Source: Camelus dromedarius
Taxonomy: Eukaryota
DNA length: 64,000 nt
NCBI RefSeq assembly: GCF_036321535.1
Contig: NC_087437.1
Span: 44,332,001-44,396,000 of the forward strand
Reading direction: 5' to 3'
A program made the position numbers and the translations under genes. The notes beneath the pieces are model-generated. The model saw nothing but the letters and a program-made list of their open reading frames with translations, had not been told where the DNA came from and made no database searches. Positions within the stretch are counted from its first letter, which is position 1. Each line of letters opens with the position of its first letter. Below are positions 11,600-25,575 of this stretch, one piece after another.

Positions 11600-12150
11600 T
11601 TTCCTACTTATAAGTAAAATGTATACAGCACGTTAGAAAGGATACACCCATAACCTTACCACCTTTTCTGCCATCATTTCATTCTTTCTTTCCTCTTACC
11701 AGTCAGCAGAACTGTATTATGCCGTGTATATTTTTTGATGTCTGCTTTTGAATTTTTCCACTTCAAATATGTTGAGAACCGTTTTTTCAACCAATAAATA
11801 TAGATTTGAATCATTACATTAAAATGCTGCTGGTACTCCATTGTACAGAGGACATGAATTTATTGAGCCTGTTTCTTATAAATGTACACTGAGGTTGTCT
11901 CTACAAACATCCTCATACATAAGTCTGTGTGTGCTTATTTAATTATTCCCTTCTGATGAATTCCTGGAAGCAGATCACAGATTCAGGGAGTTTAAATTTG
12001 TTTAGTTGTTTGCTTTGTGTTACTAAATTGCCTTGCAGGACTGCCAGCCTTCTAGGTCCTCATTTTTTGTTTTGATAGGCCAAAAAAAAGTTGACAAACT
12101 TTTATATATTAATCGAGTATTTGTGTTTCCTTTTCCATGTATGAACTTAC
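11600..12150 (-). mobile_element. Ancient L1M-type 3' fragment
   Basis: tggtactccattgtaca...aaacatcctcatacataagtctgtgtgtgc...gaattcctggaag resembles the antisense L1M 3' region. Confidence 0.55.
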
Positions 12151-15003
12151 TTTAAAAATTTAAAATCTTACGTTTACTGAATACTGTAATAGTAAACTGT
12201 GACTTTATGCATGATATCCCATCTTTCTGGCTCTTAATTTCAGTGACACACTTTATTTGTTAAATTAACGATAAAATAAGATCTCTAGATTTTTAAAATA
12301 TCTGTATCATTTAGACAGGGCAATATTTTTCATCATCATCTGGCTTGGTACAAGTAATTAAGCATAAGTTAAGTTAAACTGTGAAATGATATTTACAAAC
12401 AGTAAGTAAAACACCATATTTTCTTAGCTGGCAATTAACTCTTCAAAAGTTTAGGGAATGTTATTATTTCAGTGTTTTGTCTTTCTTTTGATCCCACAGG
12501 ACTATACATTTTGCTATTACTCTTTAACAATGATGGGTTTGGTGATGGTGATGCCTTCAGCAACTGCTCTTCTCTAGTCCCCAGCTGCACTTTCCAGCTA
12601 TCTTTCTGCTCCTCCTCTGTCTGGAGTTACATTTTGGCCTCTGTCTTTTCTATTGTTTCTGATTTTTTTGTTGTTCCTCTCCAATTTCAGTAGAAGGAAT
12701 GAGAGCCAGAAGGTTGGGAGATCTGAAGAAGGCAATAAAACAACTGGCATTTTAATTGGAGAAAAACATGTAAATGTATAGCAAAAGCACATGTAATTCA
12801 ATTTATGCAAATGATAACAGATTTAATTTAACAGTAATAGAATGATGGTTCCTAAAAGAAGTAATTAGTTATTCTATCATTGATCTTTCCGGATAACAAA
12901 TGTACATTCTCTTAAGATTTAATCACAAAAGGAGACAAAAGATAAGATTGAATTAATTATTCATAGTATTTTATTGCCCTGGACTTTAGATAAAGGGACC
13001 CCTTCACTCAGTTTTTCAGTATTATGTAGAATGACATTAATTCTCTTAGCTGACTGGATCAACTCACAGGTGAAAGCTTATGCCCTTCACAGTTCTTAGG
13101 TGTTTGGCCAGAGCAGGAGGGGCATTCAGCAACAGGATGAATGAGGGTTGACAGAAGGACCTCCTCAATCTTAGACATCCTTTGAGGTCTGGCTCAGGTG
13201 CCAGCTTCTTCAGGATGCTCTTGTTTGATCTCCCATCAGTTGAGTTCTCCCTCTCTCCTTGTAACTGTCAGCACTTTATTTTCTCTCTTTTTGTTGATGT
13301 AAATCACTCTCTACTTTGCATCGGAGAAAGAACTATGAGTCCAGCCTAATCCTTGAGGCATAGTATGTGGACACTCTGGAAATCGTTATTGCAGAAGACA
13401 GTACACCCAAAATACAGACCTTCTTGATACAGCTGTCACTTCTGTGTGGATTACCATTATTTTAAAAGAAAAGTATACTCTGGCTATTTAGGTATATTAT
13501 TGAAATTCAGAATTATATATATCAGACCTTTGATTTTTTTCTAACATAGTGTATCTATATTCTCATAGCATGTGCTAAAAAAGTTGATTTTGAAGGTAGA
13601 TGATTCTTTTTTTTTCTCTAATGAAAACATGTGCTGCATTTCTGCTAGATTCCATGCACTCTGCCAGTCACTCGACAGTTTTTAATGATATTCTGTTTAA
13701 TCTAGGGAGCATTCCTTTTCTATAAAGAAGAAATGAAAGTAAAAATTTCACAGAAAGGCATTTCCATGATCACAGGTTTTACAGAGGTGCAAAGTAGATT
13801 CCCTCACAGATCTTTTTATGCCTTGCCAGTTTCAGGAAAGGGTTGTCTCGGTCTAGGGCCGGTTCACCCTGAAGGCTTGTTTCTTCCTTCTCAGTGGTAA
13901 AGTAGAATCAAAGAATTCTTCCTGCATCATCACTCTCTCTCCCATATCCCTCATCTCTTGCCGTCTCCCTGCTCCCTACACATAATTATTTTATCCTCAA
14001 GGTTGCAACCTGCATAACTGCAATTAGGTTACACTTTCCTAGTAGGCAAGTTTTCTTTATCTTTTTCACCAAATCTATCTTTGATGTAAAAACACCCAGA
14101 CTAAGTTAGATTGTTAAGGATCAAAATGCAGGAAACCTTAGATTTTCAAGTTTGGTTTTTTCCTCAGTGGGAGGAATATGTTTTACGTAATGAAGGACTC
14201 TTTGGCAGTGATGGTCAGTGAAATATTTTCATCAGATGTGTCATGGTCATCTGTGCTTACTGGCTGCCTATCCTGAAAATTGCTCAGCCTTGAGGCTCAT
14301 CACATTTTTCTTGTATCTTTCCTGCATTGACTATAGTGCACTTTTTCATCCATTCACTTCTTGATCTTATTCTTTCCAAAAAAAGAACAGATCTGTCAGA
14401 TGTACTACAAGGGAAAAATAAACCTTTTCCTTTGAGGATTAAGTGTGTCAGTTCCCTGTGGATTCACTTGACTTCTCGACACTCTTGTGATAGAAAAGTT
14501 GGCAATGATCACATTCAGCGGAGTGAAGTATGGTTAAACATGGCAGGGCTGGGGACTGATTACATACTTCTCTCTTTCATGTTTTCTTTTTCATGTCAAT
14601 GAAATCAAGATTCAAATGGCAGACGTGGCCCTTTGAGATTTGCAATTAGAAAACCTCAATCCATGCTTTTAGAAATTAAATAAAATATTTGGAAATTGCA
14701 GATGAAAGCATTCATCCCATAATCTCATCAAGGTGGTTTACAGGAGAAATTTAAATTAAAATATATGTGAAAATAGATTATGTATGCAATGTTTACAAAA
14801 TCAGATTAAGTACTTTATTACAGTCACTTAAAATTTTTAAATGTATGTTTTTAGCTGATGGGAGGGAAAGTAAAGTTGTCTGGTAATTCAGCAATTTAAA
14901 AATGGATGATGAAACTTCCCCTCCACTTCCCCCATCTTGGGAAATATAACAAAATGGATAGGTGATTTTATTGTCCAAATTTTAGTTGCTTATATGACTC
15001 CAG

Positions 15004-15365
15004 TGTGATGGTTATTTTTATCTGTCAACTTGGCTAGCCCACAGTGCACAGATGTTTGATGAAACATTATTCTAGATATTTCTACGGAGGTGTTTTTTTA
15101 AAAATGAGATTAACATTTAAATCAGTAGACTTTGGTAAAGCAGATTATCTTTCATAATGTGGATAGCTTTCGTCCAATCAGTTGAAGGCCTTAATAGAAA
15201 AAGACTGACCTCCCAGGAGAAAGAGGGAGTTCTACCAGCAGACTGCCTTTGGACTCTAACTGCAGCTGTCTCTGAGTCTCCAGCTTACTGGTCTACCCCA
15301 GAGATTTTGGACTTGGCAAGTGTCCACAAATGCATAAGCTGATTCTTTTAAATAGATCTCTCTCT
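15004..15365 (+). mobile_element. MLT2 (ERVL) LTR, MLT2C/D-like
   Basis: tgtgatggttatttttatctgtcaacttggctag...atcagtagactttggtaaagcagatta...ccaatcagttgaaggccttaatagaa is the MLT2 signature; followed by (TA)n. Confidence 0.9.
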
Positions 15366-18300
15366 TTTTCTCCATATATATATATATATATATAACCAAT
15401 TTAAGTATACATGCATATATATAATCATATTTTTAACCAATATGATTTGGCTGTTACTTTTTTAACTCTAAATCAGTTGCTAGGATTAAACTGAATAATA
15501 CAGAAAATTGATACTGAATTTTTTTTTAAAAAGCCAGTGCCATCATTATCCTTATTTCATAATTAATTTCAGATCCTATTTTAGTGTAATATTAAATTTA
15601 TAAAATGATACAATTTGAAATTATATTCTAAGTGTCTACCAAATATTTCAAATATTTTATTTAAAAAATGCTTTATTTTCTCAATTTAGTTTGTGGCTTC
15701 AAGATGTAGTCAACTTCCCAAGCAAAAATGCATTTTCCAGATTTTACAAATAGTCACTCTTATCTGGGGAAAAAATGTCATTGAAGTTTCCTTCCCTTTC
15801 ATTATAACTGTAGCAAATATATTAAATTTTATATGCCTGATTTGGGAAATCAGTTTCTGTCTTCAGTAACTGATTACATGTTATAGCTGGGTCCTTTACA
15901 AATGAAGTGGCACTTCTATTGCTTAAAAATTGCTTTCCTGTGCAACATGATGTAGTAATGAATTAAATCCAAATGAGCCTTATATTCACAATGTCATAAT
16001 ATGTAACTCGTCCCCTGTGGAACTTTTTTATTGTCTAATACAAGGCAAGCTAATGTCTTCCTCTCATGACTCACTTCTCAGAAGGGTATGCAGCTTTCAT
16101 TATTAGAAATAAAGAAGTAAAACTATGATTTGAGATCAAATTACCTTTTTATAAACTCTCTAAATCACAGCGAGCACCTTATCGTGTCCCCAGATATGCA
16201 AATCAAATTCTGATAGAAGAAGAAACAAAAGAAATAGTTTCAATTCTATGGGGTACATTTTCTGTGAGAAAAAAAAATTGAAACAACATTTTTGTTTGAA
16301 CAAAAATGTGTGCAGGTGGTTTCTACCTTCCATAAAAATAAAATAAGTGTGGGCGTTTCTCTCGGTTTCTTCACTTGGTTTCATTATATTCACTCTGTTC
16401 TGTAGGGAACAACTTGTAAGATCAGCTTGTACCAATATTGTAGTTCAAGCTGCTACATAGATTTAAAAGTTATAATTCATTAGCCTGATAATTTTTGTTA
16501 TTTGGTGAAACACATCAGATCTTCTATTATAGCTGCCTTTGATGTGTCTGGGTGGCATATCAGAATTTAACTGGATAATTCAGAATATGTCTTGCTATTC
16601 ATATGGGCAAAGAGGAAAGGGAGAAAACTGTTTTAGCCCAGAAGGGCAGCCAAGATGAATTGTATCAGATTTTCATAGGCTGTGGCTTCTGTGGTTTTTT
16701 TCTTGGTGAGATCCTTGCAGATATTTTTCTACATCTTGCTCTTGTGAGCTGTAGCTGGATCTCAGTCAGTTGCTACTGGCACACCACATGTTAGAGATTG
16801 AAGCCTTCCTTCCACCATCCTTATTTAAAGTAGAGAAACTAAATTCCTATATGATCTGTATCTCCTGGTTCAAAACTTTAAATTATGTTTCAATCAGAGA
16901 CTTTAAACCAAACACAAAGAGAAGCACATTATTTACATAGAATGATACTGGAGTGTTGAAGGCAGTGTCAAAGCTATGCACTGTTACAGGGAAAGGAGAC
17001 ACCTTGCTTTATACTTTAAGGGCATGTGTTGTTCTTAATCAAGTTCATATTCCATTTTAAAAGTGACACCTGATGGCCTACCATCAAAGACTTATTCAGA
17101 GTGCCTTTTAACACCAGTGTGTTTGTTTATGCATGTTTTTGTTTTATGAATATTTACTGTGGGCCAGCTGAGTGCTGGGCAAGTGTCAAAGTGATGAACA
17201 AGCCGTCCAAGAGATCTATGTTTGTGGTATTTATGTTCCCACTGGCCAGAGTGAACCCATGGGAACATACTTCTTCTATAAACTAAGCATAATGACAGAA
17301 TGATACATTGTGGTAAGTAGGAAGGGAGGGAGGAAGAGACTGACTAACTTGCAGAGGTCTCTAGGGGTCAATTTTGGATGCAGTTTCAAGTGGACATGTC
17401 CTGTGTTCCAGGAGGGTGAACCAGTCTCTCTGGACCTCTAACCCAGGCTGCCTGTGGAACTGTAGATTGCTCAGCAGCTGTTTTGCAGAGCCTGCCATTT
17501 TCCTGGCTCAGGGGACTTCCTTGAAGCTCTTTCCCTGTTAATCTGTTTACTTTTGGCCACTATCTTTGCAAATAACAACAGAAAGAAAATTAACTCACTT
17601 CTACAGAGTAAATTCAATAGGAATCAGCAGATGGGAGGGGGTGGTGAGCTCTGACCACTCTTGAAATTCTCTTTATTTGCAATATTCAATGTGGGATTTA
17701 ACTTTTCCAAGTAAGAAATACTGTGCTCCATTGCTGCTTCTCATTAAAATGACTGAAGATACAGTCACTTAAATTTCTGTTTTTCTTCCCCCAGATTGCC
17801 TCATTTCTAAGGATTTCCTCATTGCTCCCACTTTTTATTTAGTTTTTGTTTTTGTAAATTTCACATTGCATAGAGAATTGGTATGCTGTGAGTAATAAGA
17901 AACATTTTTCTTACAGCTCAGTCACGTTCCAGAATAACTATTGTAAGGATAATACGTTAACCCTGGATTCTTTAGTTCTTAGTCCTTGTTTAATCAGTTG
18001 CAATCTTTTGAAACAGTTGCAGTTTGCTAATTATATGTAATTATGATCTGACACCCAGTGGTGCATGTTAGCTTTTTAAGGCTGCAGGCAGTATCAGTGA
18101 GGAGAGTTGCTTTATGGACAGGAAAATTAAAAATATTCACGTGAATTTTCTTAACATCTGCATATATTGCAATTCCATCCTTCAAATAAGTAGAGACAAG
18201 GTATTGAAAGGTATTCTACTCTAGCCTTTTCAGTACAAAAAGTTCCCCCTTTGGCTGGAAATATCCAGAAGGAACTAGGACCAGAGGATTTGAAGAGTTT

Positions 18301-19649
18301 CAAGATTTGGGTTCTCAGAATTGAGACAGTAGCACCTTTGTGGTAATCAAGAAGGTAGAGAAGACAGTGATTGCTGCTAGCAATTTTCATTCCAGAAACA
18401 AAATTCTTTTCCTCTGCTGGGAATAGGGGCAAACTGAATGTCAGGCAGTATTGATACCGAGCATTGCTCCAATAATCTATAAGCAGGAAGATGAAATTTG
18501 AGCATTGTGGGAACTGTCACTTGGAACATAATTTGCTGATTGTTTGGGGAAAAAAGTTGTGAAAACAACACAGGATGACCAAAAAAAAAAGAAAGAAAGA
18601 AAGAAAAACTAGGCAGCAATTTGGAGTGGGAGAAGCAAGATGATAATCACCAACAAAACAAACCAAGTTTTCTTTTCGCCAGGTGATTTAAGAGAGGGCT
18701 TTGAGATTAGAAACCTGGATTGAAAACTAATCCAAGAAGGAAATGCTACCATGAGAATCTAGTCTAGAAAATTCTTAAAAGGGAATAAAAGCAGCTACAA
18801 CATTGGCTAATGGGAGAAAGAGTCAACAACAGGACAATGGAGAAACGGCAACTCGGGTTCAGAGCCGAGAGGCCCCCTCCTGCATCCTGTGTGGGCCGGG
18901 TGCAGGCACAGAGAAGAAGGTGAAGAGTTGCCCTGGGGAGCATGTATCTAGCCTGAGTCTGAGTCTTGGAAGTGAAGTGCACATGTGAAGAGGAACCTAG
19001 AGAAAGCTGTGAAACTTAGTGGAAAGCCAAATACCCTTTTAGGTCTTACTGGACCTGGGAACATTGCCCAGGACTTTCCAGAATCCATATCTAAACCACA
19101 CACTCAATGTTGACAGAGGTTATGCAGTATTTTTCTGCAGATGAAACGATTTAATATAACTGTTGATGGAGTATTTATGTCTAGAGTTTCTGAAATCCCC
19201 TAGAGTGCTGGGAAATAGGAATATGCACCTGGAGTTACTGTTGAAATTAAATATCAACTCAGATGCTACTGTAGTAATGGGGTATCAAACTGTGATCCTT
19301 TATAGGTAGTTACTAATAGTGTATTTGAGGAAATAGAGTAATAAAATAGACTTGGGTTTCCATCTGGTCCTGAGTTAGTTTCACCTGGAAGCTATTGCTC
19401 ACAACTCGGCTGTGGTTCACAGGTAACTTGAGCGCAGGTCGCTTCTTGGAACATTTAGACTCGTGTTTCTCATGATTCAGTGCCACTGACTTCTCCAGTC
19501 AGGCATTTGGGGAAAGATAAATTAGGGTCATTCCACACATATCATCATTGCCTGCTGTGCTGATGCTCCATTTTTGTAATGGCCTGTATCATGCTCTTTT
19601 GAAGACTGGAAGTCAGAGGAATTTATATCACAGCCATACAAACAACTTA

Positions 19650-19850
19650 GAAATGGATCAGTCTACGTGGGATCAAATCCCAGCTCTGCTTTATCCAGCT
19701 GTATGATCTTGAGAAATTTCTTAAAATTGCAATCATAGTTTTCTTACATATAGGTAATAATAGCCCCACATTCATATAGGTAGATAAAAATGTAAAAACT
19801 ACCTAGGGCTTAGCATGTAAGAAACAATATCATTTGCTATTAATTGTCTT
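19650..19850 (+). mobile_element. MIR SINE
   Basis: gggatcaaatcccagctctgctttatccagctgtatgatcttgagaaattt. Confidence 0.7.
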
Positions 19851-20329
19851 TGTTGTTATTTTTGTTAGTAAAAGGTCTTCAGTCATGCCCCAGTGGTAAT
19901 TTCTCATTGATTATCATCGTTCATAGGATGGCTTCTTAAAATGTGGCCCAGCCCATGTCTCTTCTATGCCCCTTCCCTCTTCTCTCAACTTTTCTCCTCT
20001 TTCCAAGTTCATGTTAATTTTTTCTGTAGTCTTTTGCCAAGTCATGCCACTGCAGTCTCACCTTGGATATTCCAAGTATTTTCCTAAACAGTCATTTAAG
20101 AATTTCAGTGCCAGGCAAAATGCTACTTTTTGTACCAAGTACATGATTATATTTGTAAATATGACCTTTGTTCTACTTTACAAAAAAACTAAAGTATCTT
20201 AGTTTTCAATACATACTGAGGAAAAATCCAACCTCCCTATTGAAAAACCACACTCCTCTATCATGACAGCAGTAGGCCGCTAAGAAGCAGCAGTCTATGC
20301 TTCTTAAATCATACTGCAAAGGCTTGAGA

Positions 20330-20535
20330 AGTAAGTTAGGATAATTTCATGAAGAGCTTTGGAGCGAAGTTGATGGCTAGAAGTTGGTTCTGATACAGTG
20401 AGAAATCATCAAAGGGTTTTGAGTAGGAGAATTATCAGACCAAACGTGCCTTTCAGAAGATCACTCTCTGAAGCACAGGTTAGAGACGGAGAGACTGGAA
20501 ACAAGAAGGGTAGTGCAGAGATGGTTGCAGATGCC
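20330..20535 (-). mobile_element. L2 LINE fragment
   Basis: agaaatcatcaaagggttttgagtaggagaattatcaga...tttcagaagatcactct...gagactggaaacaagaag. Confidence 0.65.
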
Positions 20536-20719
20536 ACTTTTACTGTAGACACTTAGTATTTATTAAATGTGTAGTCAGTGAGAGATGTGTTGGTGGAGCA
20601 CACAAAGACAAGTGTTAAAACGAGAGTCATAATATACAAATTTGATTTTATATCTACTGCCCAATTTTGACTGAAACTTAAATTCTCAGGCTTAGAGACT
20701 AAAGCGTCTATATCAGTTA

Positions 20720-21195
20720 CTCTTACCAAGAATCTGTGAAAGGTCTGAGATTTTACTGAGCTACCAAGATAACACATTAGTCTGTCATCGTTTCATGAAT
20801 ACTTGCAGAAGACACGAGACCCCTGGGTTAGAGATGAAAGATTGTTTATTATAGCACAGCAACCAGCCTAAGAATTATGTTTTCATGAGTTCTTTGAGCC
20901 CCACTTCCCACAGGGTGATGAAGAGAGCTGGTTGACACCGGAACATGCAGTGGTTGCATTATAGAAGAGGAACGTTCGATTTAGGGATCCCAAATCTTTT
21001 ATACTGGAGAATAAAAATGCCTGCAAGGGGGACACTATATTCATCTCTTCCAGTCTGTAAAGAAACCTGATCTTTTTGGGGAAAGCACTATCTCTATCTT
21101 CCAAGGCTGTTTGTTATATGCATGCTCTTGGAAAGATCATTCTGAGCAAAGGCAGTCTGTGCCTCTGTTCATAGGAAGTGCAGAAATGTGAGCAT
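20720..21195 (-). mobile_element. Eutherian ERV LTR (family not assigned)
   Basis: gaatctgtgaaaggtctgagattttac...gcagaagacacgagacccctgggttagagatgaaagattgtttatt resembles an antisense LTR U5/R region, with AATAAA on the minus strand. Confidence 0.65.
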
Positions 21196-23719
21196 TTGAA
21201 GAATCCAAGTTTCATCTCATCAGGTCTTAGTGAATTACTTAGATATATTAAATCTCAGCTTCATGCCATACGTAGGTGGTAGGAGTGGAATTCCCAGAGG
21301 AAGATAATGTAGTCTCTGATTTCAAAGAGCTTGAATTCCTCATGAAGGATAAAGAGAAAAGTCTGTCCCAGTAGTCGAAGTGGACTGTCATCATTGTAAG
21401 TAATACAGACACAGACAGAGTGCCATCAGGAGAAAGAGAATTCCCAGTAGAGGAATATGAAATCGCCAGGACTGCTTTTATTTAGCTTCAGTGTAGAAAT
21501 AAACTGATAAATCAAACCAAAGCTGAAAGAAAACCTGGAGCAGCCCAGAGGGGATAAGGATACGAATAGTTGGAAATAGAATTTTGACAGAGTAGCCTCT
21601 TTAGTCTGTGGGCCACATGGTATTATCAGACCGAAGTGAATCTAACTAGCTTATCTTTCACTATCCTTCATGCATGTTTATTTTCTAAATGTATACTGAA
21701 CACGGAAGTGTTACTCTCTCTTCTGAGAATTACTTCGGGCATTGAAAAACTAACTGGCTGTGCTTTCTGATACTCTGGTGAGGCATTACTAATCATGTGG
21801 CAATTAGAAACAGGAAAGCAGGTTGTTAGAACTAAGTGACTTTCTAGGAGATGCTCTGAAACCTGAACCCTTTAGCCATGGTTGGAATGTAGCAATAATA
21901 CATTGGGATTTAGAAATTCTGAGAATGAATAATTATGTCAAAAATTTGAGAAGATTGTGATATTATTCATTATGTTGTGTCAGGCAGGAGGCTTAGGCTA
22001 ATGATGATATATAATCAGTAAGAAAATTTCTAAGAAGACACATACTGGCCATAGTAATTCATTTTAGCCCATTCAAACCAGAAGAGAACTTTTAGTAGTT
22101 GTCCCTTCTTTTTAACAATTTTAGCTGATCTGTGTCCTTTCCTAATCTTTTCTAGTAAACTAAAATGGATTTTTGAACCTAAGGCATCTATAAACTTGAT
22201 TTTAAATGAAAACTAAAGATGTTAAAATGTCATTGACTAAATAGTAGAATACATCTATTTCTGTCAATTTACTTAGACTGTCATTGTATCGATTACATAT
22301 TACAATTAACATTTTCAGAAAGACATGCCTATTTCTCTATTAGTTCTTGAAATTAACTCTGATTCCTACATACAGAGTTGAAGCTCTTTTCAGAGCTTGC
22401 GTGGTCTCTGATAACCTAAGGAGACCAACAAGCAAAAGCTTATTTACTGAGTATTTGCATCCTATTTGTTATGCCTGTGAGTTCCCCCTACCCCCACCAA
22501 TCAAGCTCTGTTATAGATGTCACAAAAATTAAGTATAGTTTCTTGACATATTGGTACCAAAATCTACTCAAGACACATGGTGATTAGCATACAAACTTGG
22601 CTTTGTTTTTGTTTAAATAAAAAGATTCTAATAAAACATTTTTACAAGTAAAACTCTGAACATTTGCAAATAACAGTTAACATGTTTGTCTTAATACTTT
22701 TCATACAAATTCTACAAAAAAGTATATGTAAAAGAGCATAAAATAAAATACATACTTTCAGGCAGCAGATATACATTTCTTCAGTATTTTGATTTTTTAA
22801 ATGATCCACTTAGAAGGTATTTGCTAGGCATGTGGGTTGTGAGAATTTCAGGGTCTTTAAGTGAGGGAGCAATAATGGATATTAATGCTTTGCTAAGATG
22901 CTTGCTTGCTTTGCTTCTCCCAAGTCAGATTTAGGAATTTCAACATTCTGAATAGCTCAAATTGTCCTCCCAAGTTTTGATAGTGGCTGTGGAGATCACA
23001 GAACTAAAATGAATTGCCTAACTGTTTCGTGTCTCAGTAATGAGTTGTCATAGTGGGGCTTGGATCAACAACAAGATACATACTTAAATAAGGCATAAAA
23101 AATAATAAAACTAGCCTTGGGAGCAGCAGTGAATTACCACTTTATAATCACCGAACGATGCGCTTTAGTGACAACAGCGTGGAGGAAGTGGTGAACAAAC
23201 CACCAAATTGTGAAAAGGCTGGTCAGCGTACAGCACAGAGGTGCCACACACAAGCACCATGACTTACTCGGTTGTCTCTTTTACTCAGTACTCTATAATG
23301 TCTAAATCAAAGTTTCTAATGCATTTTTTAAAATGCAAGTTATAAAAATCGGCGGTAGGGCTCTGGATCAGCGAGCACTGTCAGGGTAGATTACTGTTGT
23401 GCACTGTCTCTGCTATAACAATATCATGACGAATGGGGGATGACACCAGCTGCCCATTTATCTCCTAAGATTACTGCTTTGATGATATTGATTCTTCCTG
23501 TGGATTCTTTGATTCAAGGTTATAGCCCAGGTACAGGAATATAATCAGTTTTGTAAAGTATGTTCTTAATATGGTTTAATTTTTACTTCTGGGGCTGAGA
23601 TGTGCTGGTCAGTAGCTATCAAGAAATTAAATCATTGTATGTTATAACACTTAAGGATAGCCATAATTGGAATATATTTTGTATCAATTGAATAATAAAC
23701 CCAAATTCCTAAATTGTAC

Positions 23720-24480
23720 TCACACATTTATTCAGTGGACATTATTAAGCATGTGTTTACAGTGCAGGAGAGATTGGGGCACAGAAAATTTAAAAATACA
23801 TAAATTAGGCTTCCTGGTTTTAAAAAACTCAGACTCTTAGGAGGTAGAAGAGGATAATGTTGATGAAATGATATAATTTAAAGAAAGTGTGACATAACCA
23901 AGAATTATGGAAATATCTAGTTAAGAACATAAACAAGCTCTTAAAGAACAGGGATAGCTTCACAAAGGGAAAGGAGTTTTCCAGGCAGAGAAAGGGACAA
24001 AGAAAATTCAAGATAGAAGATAGAAAGTTGCAGACTTCTATGGAGTAGTTGGAAATGGCCTTTAGTTCAATGTGGCTGAAGTGTAGCAGATGTGGAGGGG
24101 ACAGGCTTTGAGAAAACCGGTGAGAAAGCTGGGGAGAGATGGGATGTGAGAGGAGGGAAGAAGGGAGAGACAGATACAGATACTGGTCACAGTCAGGTTA
24201 TGAAGGATCTTTTCTTTATGCCATCTTAAAATGGTTTTGTTTTGCTTTATTTTCAACCTGACAGTTGAGAAGTCACTTAATGATAGATGTATTTTAAAAC
24301 AACAGGAAACAATACTGAGAATAGATTATACAAGAGAAAAGTTAAACGAGGGTGAAGAGGTAGGAAGTTGTTGCAATAATTCAAATTATTGCTTTCACTG
24401 CTGTTGAAGGTTGAATCGAAACAAAGTCCATGGAAACTGAGGCACAGAATGGGCTTTGATGATATTGTAGAGGTAGCATC
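23720..24480 (-). mobile_element. L2 LINE fragments
   Basis: cacacatttattcagtggacattattaagca (L2 3' end, antisense) followed by purine-rich L2-like body (ttccaggcagagaaaggga, agttcaatgtggctgaagtgtag). Confidence 0.6.
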
Positions 24481-25575
24481 CTGAGATTTGCTGCCTTGGC
24501 TGTTGACAAGTAAAGAGCCTGGTTCTTCCAGATTGTACTTTCCTTCCTCAGAGGAAAAGATGATTTTAGGTCAGATAATATTTTTTTTTCTGTTTTTTTT
24601 CCATGCAGTCACATAACAACTGTTTCCTGGGTGCTTATTTTAAATAATGCTATGGACGGCAATGTAATTACAACCCCTGTTCAATGCAGTTTTTTTCTGG
24701 CATTAAAAGCATAAAAATCTATCAGAACAAATCTAAACAGTATTTGTAGAAGCATCTGGTCTTCTATCTTTAGTAGTTTACTCATTTGGGACCTGTTGTT
24801 TAAGCAGAGAGCTTAATCTTATTAAAAAAAAAAAAAAAAAGAACTGTGTGTTGTTCCACTAAGCTAATGTTCATGCAGTTCTAACTGAAATGACAAGAGT
24901 GAAGACCATTAAAAAGTAATGCTTGAAATCAATCAGAGATAATGAAATTGCATTGGCCTAAGTATTAATCAATTTTAATAATTGTGTGTTATAATGGTCT
25001 TGCAATAAAAAGGCTGTTATTTTCAATTCAGTTCACATAAGCAATGTCTACATGATTGTAACACAACAGGTTGAAAAGTGTATCCTTTCAACACCTGTGT
25101 GATAATCCTTTGACTCTTGACCTTTTTCTCTGGAAATTTCAAACAAAAACTAATTCAACTAGTGGATAAAACTGTTCACACTCTTATTTAGCTGTCATAG
25201 ATGTAACTTAAAAAAGTTGGTCTTCAAATAGAGCAAGACTAATCTGGGCTAATAAAAAAAATCAATTGTCTAACAAAGGTGCCTTGATTCATAATTCTTT
25301 AATAAAGCTATACCTTAATTCACTAAAGAATTATTGATGGAGTTGTGGCCATCCCTTGTCTTTCTGATAGTCCCCTTTTTTGTCTTGACCTTTTGTGTGG
25401 TATCCAACATTCTCACATGTTATTAAGAATTAATTTCTTCCAGTGTAGGTTGATATTTTTTCTGATCATGACTTAAGTAATAAGTTTGAACCTGTTCACA
25501 TAGCACAAGGAAGAGAGGTTTGCCTAAAGACTGACTGTGAATCTCTGGCTAAATGCTCACACAGATATGCAGGTG

